Shown: one piece after another, positions 51,918 through 64,000 of the stretch
Numbering within the stretch: the stretch's first letter is position 1
Layout of the letters: each line of letters begins with the position of its first letter
Origin: Takakia lepidozioides
Lineage: Eukaryota; Plantae; Bryophyta
Reading direction: 5' to 3'
DNA: 64,000 bases
NCBI GenBank assembly: GCA_030704615.1
Contig: CM060731.1
Coordinates: 57,908,001-57,972,000, forward strand
Notes under the pieces: generated by a model
The model's database searches: none
Seen by the model: only the letters and a program-made list of their open reading frames with translations
What the model was told of the DNA's origin: nothing
Program-made: the position numbers and the translations under genes

Positions 51918-53885
51918 ATGGCGCTCTCTCCAGCGATTGCTGCACGCTGTGCATCTGGTTGTGCGAACAATATATGGTCATGTGGGGAGGATACTGCAGC
52001 AGGTGGGGGCCCGTCACAGAGTTCCAGGATCAGGAATGTAGCCTCTGTGGGGCGCAAGGATAAATTGGTTGTTGTGCAACAGTTCCACGCAAAAACTTGT
52101 AGGAAGTCGTCTGTTAGTAATGCGGGATTGTCTCGAGACTATCTTTTTCATTCTGAGAGGTTTGGAGGCGAGGAATTTGGAAATAGGTTTTCCTCCAGAG
52201 GATCGGTGATGGCTACCAGGGCAATCGGTGCACAGGTTCTGGAAGGGGCGCGGCCAACATCTCATGAGGAGGCAACAATCGTCGATGTGGACCTGGGTGA
52301 CCGAAGCTACCCTATCTACATCGGTGTGGGTTTATTAAACCGGCCCGATTTGCTACAGCGACATGTGAAGGGGAAGAAGGTATGGACAAATTGGGCTCTC
52401 CACTATCGCTGGCTGAGACTTTCTATGTGAGACAGTCTATTTTTTGCATCAGATTAATATGTATAGGAAAGTAATCCATATTTTACAGTTGATTGGATGA
52501 CAAGTTCGTGCTTTCCTATTTCAGAGGTGCATGATAATGCGAGGGCAAGCACGGCACGTCTGGATTCCGGAATTCAATCTGAGCTTTTCCTGCAAGAAAG
52601 CTGTTCAGCCTTCCATTTTTGATGCTGTGTTTGGTCCTCCTCTGACAAACATTGGAATTCCTTTTCTAATCCCCGAACGCCTATATGATGATGGAATGGA
52701 ATGACCTTAATTGGTGACCTTATTGGAAAAAATGTGCTTTGAGCTATCGTTGAGGTTACTGAACTTTGTTTGTGGCCTCGATGTTCAGGTGCTGGTGGTT
52801 ACAAACGAAACTGTGGCGCCACTGTACTTGGAAAGAGTAATAGCAGCCCTGACTCATGGAGGGGTAAACTTAGAGGTTGAAAGTGTCATTTTGCCTGACG
52901 GAGAGAAGTACAAAGATCTGCCAACCCTGATGAAGATTTATGACAAGGCTATTGAGACACGCATGGATCGGAGATGCACATTTGTTGCGTTGGGGGGTGG
53001 GGTGATTGGTGATATGTGCGGCTACGCAGCTGCATCTTACTTGCGGGGTGTCAATTTTATTCAGATTCCCACAACACTCATGGCCCAGGTAGCCTTTCCT
53101 CTAGATCATCCCTAGGTTACTGCTGCTCTGGTCTTGGTATGCTCTGACATGATACTGAGCATTCTACTTACTTTCCCATTTGCCTCATGGTGCAGGTGGA
53201 TTCGTCAGTTGGAGGGAAGACTGGTGTAAATCACCCTCTGGGTAAGAACATGATAGGCGCTTTTTATCAACCCCAGTGTGTGCTTGTGGACACTGAAACC
53301 CTGAACACTTTACCTGACCGGGAGCTTGCATCGGGTGTTGCTGAGGTAATCAAGTATGGGCTAATTCGAGATGACAAGTTCTTTGAATGGCAAGAACAGA
53401 ATATGGAGGCATTACTTGCCCGTGATCCAAGAGCATTGGCATATGCGGTGAAGACATCTTGTGAGAATAAGGCAGAAGTAGTGGCCTTAGATGAAAGGGA
53501 AGGCGGGGTTCGTGCAACATTGAATCTTGGCCACACATTTGGACATGCAATTGAAGCAGGCATTGGATATGGCGGATGGTTGCATGGTGAAGCTGTGGCA
53601 GCAGGCACGATCATGGCTGCGGATATGTCCCTTCGACTAGGCTGGATCAGTGAGCCTTTGTTCAACCGTCTACTGGAATTACACAAACGGGCAAAGCTTC
53701 CACTTTCTCCCCCCGATTCAATGGATGTTCAGACGTTCAAGACTATCATGGCCGTGGACAAGAAGGTAGCTGATGGACTTCTGCGGCTGATTCTACTCAA
53801 GGGTCCTCTTGGTAACTGTGTGTTCACAGGCGAATATGATCGCGCAGCTCTTGATCAAACTCTCGCTGCTTTTTGTAAGTCTTAG
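51918..53885 (+). CDS. DHQS: 3-dehydroquinate synthase, plastid-targeted; exons 51918-52379, 52789-53088, 53196-53885
   Basis: Transit-peptide-like N-terminus; [63 protein letters not shown]. Confidence 0.97.
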
Positions 53886-56458
53886 ATAAGGGGAGGGGAC
53901 TTGCTTTTGTAGCATAATGACAACATTCTTGCCTGGCACACTTCTTCCCACCATGGATCTTTTCTTTTTTCACAATTCAACATTCCTAATTCATCAGATA
54001 ACATACTAAACCAGTGAGCGGCACAGTACAATTTTAAAATACTTCGTAGCATGCCTAATAAATTCTTCAGTATAGTATTAGTCACCAATAATCCTCTAGA
54101 CCCAGCTGATCACCTCGTTTTACCAGAAACTGCTCAACTGGAGTCTTTTCCTCAAAATTCACCTCAACAGCTCAAAGAAGCTCTTGTAGTCCGTTGCAGT
54201 GTATACCATTTATGATGCTCAAGTTATGTAAAGATTCTGGACACATGCGTCTGACAATCTAGCCTGTGTGCCTGTATGCTCCATTCAATGGGAGATTTCC
54301 CTATTACTCTAAAGAGAATATTATGCAAGGGGAGCAGAGGTAGGAAGTGACACTTTCTCTCGGCGGCATACCTTCTTGGCTCAAGCGCCTCAACACAAGT
54401 CAAAATCTTTTTCATCAAGCTTTCTTGGGGTGATACAATTGCACTTTTGATGGTTGCAGTATGTGAAAGCAGAAGTGGAAAAGGCTTAGAGAACTATGCC
54501 CCCATAGCCAACTGCCTGCTGTCCATTTCTGGTCATTGCTTGTCCACATTTCCTTCAAGCCTCCCCAACTCGGCTTTCAAGCCCAGAAGTGAAAATGGCT
54601 TGGTACTCCCTCCCGGGGTAGTGATGGCAGCAGTGTTTGGAGTCAAGGTTGAGTTCAGGCTATCACTTTTGAGATAATCCAGCAGCCCTCTGCTTATCAA
54701 TAGGATTAGGTCTGTATATCACTGGAGGATTTCCATCAAGCCACTTCGCCATGGAAATGGCAACTCCTCTGTCTGGGGCACAATGCTTAATTTCTCTCCA
54801 GGAAGGCAAGACTCTCGGTAGCCCCATTGACACATGCGGTAAGCCGGGTAGCTATGACCGATCAGTCGGACCATGCGAAACACAAATTGCTTCCAGAGGC
54901 CCAGGTGGACCCAATTGGCCCCACAAATTATGCCCTGCCTAACCAGCACCCTCCAAGAACTCATACACAGCTACGGAGTGAAGAATTGCCCCCAAAATCC
55001 TAGAGATTCTACAGCAGTGGACCCTTCAACAAGACGTTTGACCAACTTACTTAGAAATCTGGACCAAATCTTGCGTGATTCCTTACTCTGCAAGAAGCTT
55101 ACTCCATCTTAACTTGTAACCAGCAAACTGAACCTCGTCAGCGCTGGGCGTTTCAGAGACCACCGACCTGGAAGCAGGAAGATGATGCAACCGGGTTGCA
55201 AGTTCCTACTCCTAGTCACCTACCCAGGAAATCCACCGTCCTTTGCTTCTCCTTTCCAGACCGTCAAAGCAAACGAGAGAGAGAGAGGGTCCTTCTTGAC
55301 TTCGCTGGTGTCCTGCATGCAGGGACAGGGCAGGGCAACAACAAGTTGAGGAGACATGGCATGTTGCCAGCTTGGCTGCTCATGCCATGATGTGCATGCA
55401 TGTTCACATGTCTCTTTAGTGGCACTGTGGGAATTTGTTTGTTTTGTTTTTTGAGAAATGTCATGTAATGAGTATGATAGGTGGATTACGTATAATGATT
55501 GAAAGAACTCATATATATTAAATGATAACTTCCACACCCCCCAAAAAATAAGAAACTCAAAAAGGAAAAACAAAAAACAAAAAACAAAAACAAAAACAAG
55601 AAAAAGGGAAAAAATATGTGAGGGAGAGGAATAAGGTGGCTGACTTGGCTGCACTCAGTTTTGGTTGTTAGAAGCCAAGATTGCCGCTGCTCCCACACCC
55701 TCTCCCTCCCTCTCCTTATGTCATCCATGGCGGTAGTGGAGGTACACGAGGGAGTGTCTCAGAAGGAGGAGGAGATGGTGGGCTGTCTAGAGGGTTGCTA
55801 TGGCGGCGATTGGGTCAATCAGTAAGGTTGACAAGTGCCTTCTTTTCGTTTTTGTGATTCTAGTCTCCTGGTGCAGAGCCCCACTTCGCAGCTCCTGAGC
55901 TCTCTCAAGATCATCAGACCGCACAGGGACCCAGAACGTTCTGCAAGCTCTCCCTTTCTCTCAGACACGCAGTGCCCACGGCTTAGCAATAATCCAGGTG
56001 CACACACCGCTAAGGACTTAGGTCGACTCTCTCTCTCTCTCTCAAAAGGCCAGGACTCTTATATGATCTCTAGTGTCGCGCAAGATCTCATGGTTCTTTA
56101 ATCTTAGGTAAGGTGAATTTCTCTCTCTCTCTCTCTCACACACTAAGGGTTGCCAGAGACCGTGTCTATACTCTCCGCGCAGCTTAGATCCAAGGGTATA
56201 TCGGACGATGATAGAATCCAACACTACTGAAGTTCTTCGATACTCTTCCAGGTCAACAGCCGTTGTGACCCTTCATTGTATTCTGCACTTGTTAGAATTT
56301 CACGAGCAAACTCCTTCTAGACTTTCAATTTGTAAACGATTTTGTCCATTTATATCGCAGCTTGTTTCGACTCCTTAGACCCCTGATAAAACTTAGAAAC
56401 AGCGAGCTGATTGGTGGTTCTCATCAAACGGGAGAGAGCGAGCGAGCGAGAGAGAGAG

Positions 56459-57838
56459 ATGGCCAAAGCAAGGGGCTCCATTTGGCTACTCGCACTTTTC
56501 GGTCTGGCAATATTTCTCTGCCTGATGAGCTTCCACACCTCGCCCTTATACAACGTGTGTTCAAAAGCCCCGATTTTCCAAGGGGAGGCACTGTCTGGGA
56601 TTGACGCCACCGGGAACTGCAACTGCTCCGTAGTCTACGGCTTCGAGGATCAAAAACCCTTAAACCCCTCTTTCAGCTGTGTTTGCTTGCCCAGGGACCC
56701 TGTAGATTGCCCCCAGGATGAGGTTCGGGAATTGGAGAAAGAAGTGGTGAAGGAGAAGCGTCCTGACCCAGAAGCAGTGCAAACAGGTCCCGTGTACGTC
56801 GAAGGGAGGGCCTGGCACTACCCTGCAAGGTTCCCTCTATGCTCCATGGATGCTTGCTTCAATTATTCCAAATGTGACAATGCTGATGATCTCTTGATCT
56901 ACTCCTATGACTTGCCTAGCACTCCAGTTCGGTACTTCTCTCGGATCAACGAGTCTAAATGGCACACGAACGACCCCGGACAGGCTTGCCTTTTCTTCGT
57001 GTACCTAGACTCCTCGAGCCCATGGCCACCACATCCCAGCACACTGCCTTACTGGAATGGAGGTCTGAATCACGTGCTGATCATCTTCGCCGATAAGTGG
57101 GCGCAGAAGGGTCCACCCCAGGAGTCTATTGGTTTTGCATCAGTCATGGCGAGCGACATACATGAGACAATCTACCGTGCAGGGTTTGACATCAGCATTC
57201 CTCTCCCTGGTAACCATCACATGAGAGAGCTCCAGTCGGTGAAGCCATTCGAGCGGAAGTACTTGGCCACTTTCCGAGGACTCCGCTATTTGGGTCACAG
57301 TGGGGAGGCCGTCTTTCGCAGTCGTGATTCCTTCCGAGAAATGCATAATGGGGAGGACGTGATTGTGGCCACTTCTTGCAAGCATTTCATCAACGACTTG
57401 AACCGAGAGAAGGAACCTGCTCTTGGCATCCACTGTGACGAAGATGAGGCAATCCATGCAAATCAAAGTTTTACAGATCTCATGAACACCACATTTGGTT
57501 TAGTACCTGCCGGTGTGCAGCCAAGCTCCTACCGGTTCATCGAGGTTCTGAGTGCTGGTTCAATCCCAATTCTAATTGCAGATAATTACGTCAAACCCTT
57601 TGACGCTCTTATTCAGTGGCACCGCTGTCTTCTCCAGTTCCCGACGACAGAAATGCACCGCATTATACCAGTAATTCGTGCCCTGAAAAAGGAGGAGGTA
57701 ATCAAACGACAGGAGAATTGCTTGCAGATCTACAGAGAATTTCTCAGTGATGATGATGCTCTCTTGGAAACAACAGTCAGGGCACTGAAGGCGCGCTTTC
57801 TTGGGGCTTTTCCTAATTTCAACGAGGTGAGGAGATAG
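56459..57838 (+). CDS. Exostosin-family (GT47) glycosyltransferase, intronless, type II membrane anchor, EXT1-like
   Basis: N-terminal TM; CSMDACFNYSKC, DPGQACLFF, LPYWNGGLNH, YRAGFDISIP, RKYLATFRG, HNGEDVIV, TFGLVPAG, SYRFIEVLSAGSIPIL. Confidence 0.9.
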   Translation: MAKARGSIWLLALFGLAIFLCLMSFHTSPLYNVCSKAPIFQGEALSGIDATGNCNCSVVYGFEDQKPLNPSFSCVCLPRDPVDCPQDEVRELEKEVVKEKRPDPEAVQTGPVYVEGRAWHYPARFPLCSMDACFNYSKCDNADDLLIYSYDLPSTPVRYFSRINESKWHTNDPGQACLFFVYLDSSSPWPPHPSTLPYWNGGLNHVLIIFADKWAQKGPPQESIGFASVMASDIHETIYRAGFDISIPLPGNHHMRELQSVKPFERKYLATFRGLRYLGHSGEAVFRSRDSFREMHNGEDVIVATSCKHFINDLNREKEPALGIHCDEDEAIHANQSFTDLMNTTFGLVPAGVQPSSYRFIEVLSAGSIPILIADNYVKPFDALIQWHRCLLQFPTTEMHRIIPVIRALKKEEVIKRQENCLQIYREFLSDDDALLETTVRALKARFLGAFPNFNEVRR

Positions 57839-59063
57839 TTGGACCCGGGATTTGTGAAATTACGAATTGCAAGGCTTTGCATGACATTCTTTTGATTACG
57901 TGGAATAGACAAGGATAGAAAATCTGAGTGGGCAACGGCTTTACGCGCATTGAACTATGGCGGCTCAATTGGAACAAAGAGGAACTTTTGGCTTAGTGTG
58001 ACGCTGTGGGAAGACTGCTACAATCCAGCATCTGTTAGATCACCTCGAAGGCTTATGCTCCTCAATCTGTTGATGTCTGTAACAGAGTTGGTTCCCTGCT
58101 TTTGAGTTCTTGACCCACTTATACTCCTTGCTGCCTTGGCCCATTTGCCTACTGGCGCTTTAAGGTTCGAAGAACTCATGATAACATCACTTCCTCAAAT
58201 TTTGACAGAAAAGGCACGGCATGCTTTGAACGCGATGGGCTTAAGATTGCTATACGCAAGTGAGTTCACAGGTGAGATGTCGTTCCTCCAGGTTCTTCTG
58301 GCATCGTAGTTTCTCGCTCTTTGGGGCCAGTGCCTTGACGTGATCCTTGTGCAGCGCTTCCTGGCTCTGACGCAGAATGTTTGGGAAGAACTCACGCTGG
58401 AATGGAACAATCTTCATACACATCACTAGTGTCAAAAGCGATCAGTCTTCCCTTTCGGAGACTAGTTTAATAGAAGACTTGAAATTCATGGACACTGAAA
58501 GATTACATAGCAACCCACAACAAGTTTCCCGACATGCTTGTTTCCAGTCTGCTTGTTTTAGTGCGAGAAAATTTCCTACTCTGCAAGTGTTTGTACCTCG
58601 AGGATAGGGTTCATTGACCAAGGAGGGGTATAGGTATGAGCAGGGCTCAGCATGCGTGCAATGTTGCAAGCAGTAAGTTTTGGTCTACACCTACATCTTG
58701 TTTCTGTTCAATCCCTGCTCAGCTCACCAGCTCACCTGCCAAACATGACGTTGAAGTGGGAAGGGCCTGGAATGCAGAATGTAAGCACATAAAATGAAGA
58801 ACTTGCGGACAGATGAAGGGAACTCTCAAGTTAATTGGAAGTGTGTGGAACTTGAAAGCCTGATGGTTACGCTTCACAGAATTTTAGGCAGCTTCTACAG
58901 GATTCCTCTCTTTGAATGACTGGAGTGCTGGAGTTCTTTTTGGATTACAACTGCAAAACCAGGAGCCAACTCCCTTGCATGGAACCATGTTGGAATAAAG
59001 TCCCAATTCGCAATAATCACCTATGATAATCTCTCGCTTACATGTATCAGAGCAAGTTGAAGT

Positions 59064-59219
59064 TAATGTCCAGTGAATTCACTCACAGAGCCTACTGCTT
59101 GATGCACAGGCCATCAAGAGCCCAAGGGACGGTTGAAGGAACATGTTCAAGGACTGAACCCATGGTCACCCTGGTTGGCAAGGCGCAAACTCCCAACCAC
59201 TAGGTTGCCTGCTCAAGTG
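59064..59219 (-). mobile_element. tRNA-derived SINE-like repeat, copy 2
   Basis: Homologous to 51308-51466 (gagcctactgct...caggccatc...gaacc...ccaaccact...ctcaagtg). Confidence 0.6.
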
Positions 59220-59464
59220 AATATTTCCCAGTGACATCAAAGAATTTCACCCTCTTGGGGCCCCAATCTTAATCTTTTCAGGAAACCTTGTTTGGTGCAA
59301 AACTTTCAATCCTCATAACTACAGAACTTTCTTCATGCATACAGGACCTTGCAATCAAAAGGCTCACTGCTGGTGTTTCTAGCCATACTAAATCATGATC
59401 ATCATGCAATGACACGAATCACTTCTTCAACTGAAGTGGCAAATTGTGACCTTTCTGTTGCAAT

Positions 59465-61996
59465 TCACCAGCGATCGCCACAAGAACAAACCCCATCTTG
59501 GAAGTGATGAAAGCGGTTGGCATCCCGCACAATAATTGCTCTGCCAACAATCTTTGAGATAAACTTGGCGGCAGTGTGACAATCACTGCAAACCCAAAGG
59601 TTCTTAATAATGCGGATAGGCATCCCAGGGAGTGTGGAGATAAGCCCAAACGCAATGGCCAACTTCTCACTGTGGTGGCAAATAGAAGATACCCTTTGCT
59701 CCTCCTCCACATCATGCAGTACAAAGCGCATGTCAGGCACATACCCAGCCTCCTTCATCAGCTGGAACAATCCCCTCAGCTCAGTATGGATTTCCTCAAT
59801 TTGTGGATGTAGATCATCTTCCACAACGAATGCATGCACCACATTATCGACCTCAATACAACTGCGTCCTGGGTCCTTTCTCACACATCTGTCTTCCATC
59901 ATTTTCCTCATCTTGTCTCTGTCATCCCACCTGCTAGCTGCAGCATAAATGTTTGAAAGCAGCACATAAGCTGCAGTGTTCTGTGGATCCCATTTGAGAA
60001 TGCATTTTGCAGCATGTTCTGCAAGCTCCACATCATCATGAACTTTGCAGGCACCGAGCAAAGCTCCCCACACGGAAGCATTTGGCTCCATTGGCATTTT
60101 GTTAATCAACTGCTCTGCCTCCTCCAATCGCCCAGCACGGCCGAGTAGGTCCACCATGCATCCAAAATGCTCCACTGTAGGGGTGAGGCCATAATCTGGA
60201 CTCATTGAATCAAAGTAATGACAGCCTTCATCCACTAGGCCCACATGGCTACATGCAGAGAGAAGAGATGTGAAGGTGATAGCATTCGGCTTCAAGCCTG
60301 CCTTTCGCATTTGTTCAAATAAATGGGGGGCCTCCCTACCACACCCATGCAGGCCAGATCCTGCAATCATCACACTCCATGAGACCACATCTCGTTTAGC
60401 CATATTGTTGAACACTTGACGCGCATCCTCTATGCTCCCACAGTTGGCATACATGTCAACAAGGGCGGTCTCCAAAATAACATCTGACGCAATCCCAGCT
60501 TTGATTATGTCAGAATGAATCTGCTTGCCCTTTTCCAGGGCTCCTAGAGTCGCACACGCATTGAGAATGCAATTGAATGTCACCTTGTCCGGCCTCATAC
60601 CTTCCCATTGCATTTGCTCATAGAGTTTGAAAGCCTCTGTACCATATCCATGCTCAGCATATCCTGCAATCATGGCACTATATGAGACCAGGTCTCGTTT
60701 TGCCATATCGTCGAATACTCGGCCCGCATTTTTTATGCTCCCGCATTTGGCATACATGTCAACAAGAGCAGTCTCCAGAATAAAATCTGATGCAATTTGT
60801 GATTTGATGATATCAGCATGGACCTCCTTGCCCTTTTCAAGGTCTCCTAGGCTGGCACAGGCTTTAAGAACACTACTAAAAGTTGCCACATCAGGTGCCA
60901 CCCCTTCCCATTGCATTTGCACATAGAGAATGGAAACTTCCCTGTCAAACTTAGATTCAGCATATCCGGCTATCATAGCATTCCACGAAACCACATTTCG
61001 TTTGGTCATCTTTTTGAACACTTGATGTGCATCTATCATGCTCCCACATTTGGCATACATGTCAACAAGAGCAGTCTCCAAAATGATCTCTGACTTAATT
61101 CCCATTTTGATGATGTCAGCATGGACCTCCTTGCCCTTACCCAGGGCCCCTAGGCTGGCACAGGCATTGAGAATGCAAATGAATGTCACCCTATTGGGAA
61201 CCACCCCTTCCCATTGCAGTTGTTCATACATCTTGAAAGCCTCCCTACCACACCCACAGTGGGCATATCCTGCGATCATAGCATTCCATGAGACCACATC
61301 TCGTTTTATCATGTTGTCAAACACTTCTCGTGCATCCTTTACACTTCTGCACTTGGCATACATGTCAACAAGGGCAGTCTCCAAATTAGTATATGATGAA
61401 ATTCCAGCTTTAATGATCTCAGCATGGACCTTTTTGCCCTTTGCTAGGACTCCTAGGCTGGCACATGCATTGAGAACACAAACATATGTAACCCGGTCGG
61501 GAGTCACCCCTTCCTGTTGCATTTGCTCATAGATTTTGAAGGCCTCCTTGGCATGCCCATGCTTGACATATCCTGTCATCATCATAGTCCAGGTAAACAT
61601 ATCTCGCTCAGGCATTTTATCAAACACTCCGCGGGCGTCCACCACACTTCCACACTTGGCATACATGTTGATAAGCTTGTTAAACAGAAAGATGTTTGGC
61701 TGGTATCCACTCTGGACAATGTGGGCGTGCACCTGCTTTCCCTCTGCTAGTTGTCTCATGTCAATACACCCCTGCAAGAGACAGACATATGTGTTGGAGT
61801 CTCCCTGGATTTCTTGGTTCAAAATGTGCAGCGCCTCTTTCAGTCGTCCAGCCTTACATAGTACCCTCACATCCGCACAAGTGGCAAAAGAGTTTTTGTC
61901 AACCCCTCTTTCAAAGGAAGTGATGGTGGTTGAGGTATTACCCCTGCCGCCAGTCTGATGTCCACCAAACAGGTGTGCTTGTTTCACCCCTGCCAT
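59465..61996 (-). CDS. PLS-E-DYW PPR organellar RNA-editing factor (843 aa), C-terminus DRW
   Basis: PLS array; E domains ([28 protein letters not shown]); PG box [10 protein letters not shown]; HSEKLA and CSDCH Zn ligands; ends [12 protein letters not shown]. Confidence 0.95.
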   Translation of the reverse strand: MAGVKQAHLFGGHQTGGRGNTSTTITSFERGVDKNSFATCADVRVLCKAGRLKEALHILNQEIQGDSNTYVCLLQGCIDMRQLAEGKQVHAHIVQSGYQPNIFLFNKLINMYAKCGSVVDARGVFDKMPERDMFTWTMMMTGYVKHGHAKEAFKIYEQMQQEGVTPDRVTYVCVLNACASLGVLAKGKKVHAEIIKAGISSYTNLETALVDMYAKCRSVKDAREVFDNMIKRDVVSWNAMIAGYAHCGCGREAFKMYEQLQWEGVVPNRVTFICILNACASLGALGKGKEVHADIIKMGIKSEIILETALVDMYAKCGSMIDAHQVFKKMTKRNVVSWNAMIAGYAESKFDREVSILYVQMQWEGVAPDVATFSSVLKACASLGDLEKGKEVHADIIKSQIASDFILETALVDMYAKCGSIKNAGRVFDDMAKRDLVSYSAMIAGYAEHGYGTEAFKLYEQMQWEGMRPDKVTFNCILNACATLGALEKGKQIHSDIIKAGIASDVILETALVDMYANCGSIEDARQVFNNMAKRDVVSWSVMIAGSGLHGCGREAPHLFEQMRKAGLKPNAITFTSLLSACSHVGLVDEGCHYFDSMSPDYGLTPTVEHFGCMVDLLGRAGRLEEAEQLINKMPMEPNASVWGALLGACKVHDDVELAEHAAKCILKWDPQNTAAYVLLSNIYAAASRWDDRDKMRKMMEDRCVRKDPGRSCIEVDNVVHAFVVEDDLHPQIEEIHTELRGLFQLMKEAGYVPDMRFVLHDVEEEQRVSSICHHSEKLAIAFGLISTLPGMPIRIIKNLWVCSDCHTAAKFISKIVGRAIIVRDANRFHHFQDGVCSCGDRW

Positions 61997-63653
61997 CCTG
62001 CATCACTCAAAACTCTTAATTACAGACCTTGTAATTCAAACTCATCTCAACACCAAGCACCATACCTTGAGGAAAAATCAGCTTGATAAGGACAGACTTG
62101 TTGCATATCATTTGGGTTACACATTTGCAGCTGCCATCTAGTTTGGAATAAACTGTACTAATTCCAGCTATTTGCCTCAAAATAATACCCGATGTATTCT
62201 CGATGTGGAGCTCCATAGTGTATATGGACATTAGAACCGTCATCAGATTGTGCCTGACCTTGTGTCATGACAGCTAGCTCTGCTTCCACCCAAGGGGATG
62301 TTGCCTGACTTTCGATCCAAAGGACCTCCCTTGTGGTATTATGTCTGAAGTCTGCTGACATTTGATCTGCCTGTGAAAACCACCTCTGTGCAGCTGAGCA
62401 ACCATAGCTTTAGACACAGCCTGGACCAGGCTCCAAACAACTAAGCCTACAAGCATTACTTCAAACGACAGGCAATAACTTTGATAAACAACTTCGTGGA
62501 TGGAGGACCAACTGATTCACAACACAATGAATACATCTTATGCGAAAGAATCAATTGTACCGGAAGGTGCAGATAATTCAGGAGATACCGAAGGCAGTAA
62601 TGCAGAAGGACAAATCTGTAACATATAATCGCCTTCCTCTACAGCCCTTTGAGGACCATCCTGCGGACTTCTTTGACCGAAATCGGTGTAGTCTCTGCTT
62701 CTGTTGGTCAAGGACAATTTGAAGCCCACTTCGCTCCAACGTACCGAATTTTGAAGCCCATTGAAAAAACCAATGAGTTTCATGCCTGTATCTTTCTTCG
62801 ATTTCCCTGGAGGATTTGGGTGGCGTCAAGTCATTACTTGCAAGGCTATGGGGCCCGGCATTGCCAAGATGAATGCCCATTGCAGCTCCACAGCCTGCCC
62901 CTTCACTCTGCTGCGTGATGTGCTGCCTCCCACGAATTCATCCCGAGAAGAAAGTAGACCCCCTGGTATAGCCTCTCCCTGCACAAAAACTGCCACCATC
63001 CCTGTACATGCAAGGAACTAAACCCTAAACCAACCCTCTGCAAGATAAAGATAAAACCCACATCCTCAATGATAGATTGGATCTACCTACTTCAAACACT
63101 AGACCTCATTGGAAATATCATCGTCCCTAATGTAGTAGAGCAGTTAGAAAACCCAAATTGCTGGCTACTTTCGGCCCCAACATGCTTCGCTTGGCCAAAA
63201 CAACAATGCTCACTCTTAAAATTCCTCTTATGACTCTCGGGCCCCCGTACTGACTATTGGGCACTCGAAACTGCCACATGGACATTGAGTTTCCCATTGA
63301 AAGCCCACGTCTGCTTGAATTTCCAAAGAAAGTAAGTTCCATGAACGATTCCAACCACAAGACATGTTGGGTGCTCGTCGGCGGTGTGAATTTAGCCTAC
63401 CGCAACTACCATCGTTAGTGCCGACCGCCCAATCGTAGACGACAATGAAATTCATAAGAGGTCTGAGTACTGCGCCATCGAAAGCGATAAATGCGAGAGT
63501 GTTGCTTCAATTCCGCCACAACGCTTGTGCTCAACTTGGATCCAAACTCCGGCGTAAAAACCTCCAAAAATTTTCCGAGTGGATTTCTGGAGGGCCTTGC
63601 TTTCCGGCTTTTCGTTTCCTGTACCGCGAAATGGTCCTGAAATGGTCATGCAG

Positions 63654-63764
63654 GAATTTTGGGACTCGTCATTTGATCAACATGTGTCGATTGATTTGCC
63701 TGCCTTGGTTTCTTATGTCTACGGGAGAACTGGCACTCCAGTTCATTATGTGGGTCACTCTCTG
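63654..63764 (+). CDS. Single exon of an acid/triacylglycerol lipase (alpha/beta hydrolase)
   Basis: AG|EFWDSSFDQHVSIDLPALVSYVYGRTGTPVHYVGHSL|GT includes the start of the GHSxG nucleophile motif. Confidence 0.75.
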
Positions 63765-64000
63765 GTAATACATCGCGCACCGGATTCTGTTCTAAGTGGT
63801 CACCAAATTCCATTCTGTCAAATTCTAGACTCTAGCATGTCTTACCAGCCGCCGCGTATTGAAAGTTGTACATCGGGGAGGTGGGCAGCACATACATATG
63901 TTAGAGGCTGGTCGAGATGTCATTCTACAATTCAAGATAATTGTTATATCCACCTGAATCAATTTACATCTTGACTGTCGTCTAGTTTGGCTAAACTTAA

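Noticed and set aside
54080-55200. Possible decayed minus-strand gene
   Set aside because: Stops in all frames and no identifiable motif.
60627-61958. Plus-strand ORFs over the PPR gene
   Set aside because: Antisense shadows of the repetitive PPR coding sequence.

Overview
Eukaryotic nuclear DNA with GT-AG introns. It most likely comes from a bryophyte or other seed-free land plant (inference from intronless PLS/DYW PPR genes, a plastid-type DHQ synthase and a small RIIa/Dpy-30-type gene). The left half is a nested transposon complex. A minus-strand Ty3/gypsy LTR retrotransposon (2848-30238; ~1 kb LTRs, TG..CA ends, TACTC TSD) contains two insertions. One is a 2.6 kb non-autonomous CACTA element (7139-9718) carrying PPR-locus sequence. 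The other is an 11.9 kb Mutator-like element (13448-25339; 9-bp TSD CTTGATCTC), which is the standout feature. It encodes a GCM-like/DDE/SWIM transposase and, divergently, a 10-exon ~1150-aa gene fusing a ParB/Srx-like domain (DGNHR) to a beta-class amino (N6A/N4C) DNA methyltransferase fold. The first intron of that gene holds 13 tandem ~115-bp units, each with an 18-bp-stem palindrome. The right half is host genic DNA: an RIIa-type microgene, an unknown Ser-rich gene, a membrane-anchored WCPHC thioredoxin, two decayed PPR genes, DHQS, an EXT1-like GT47 gene, an open-frame PLS-E-DYW PPR gene ending in DRW, a lipase exon, and MITEs/SINEs. All family assignments are by-eye motif recognition; no database searches were run.
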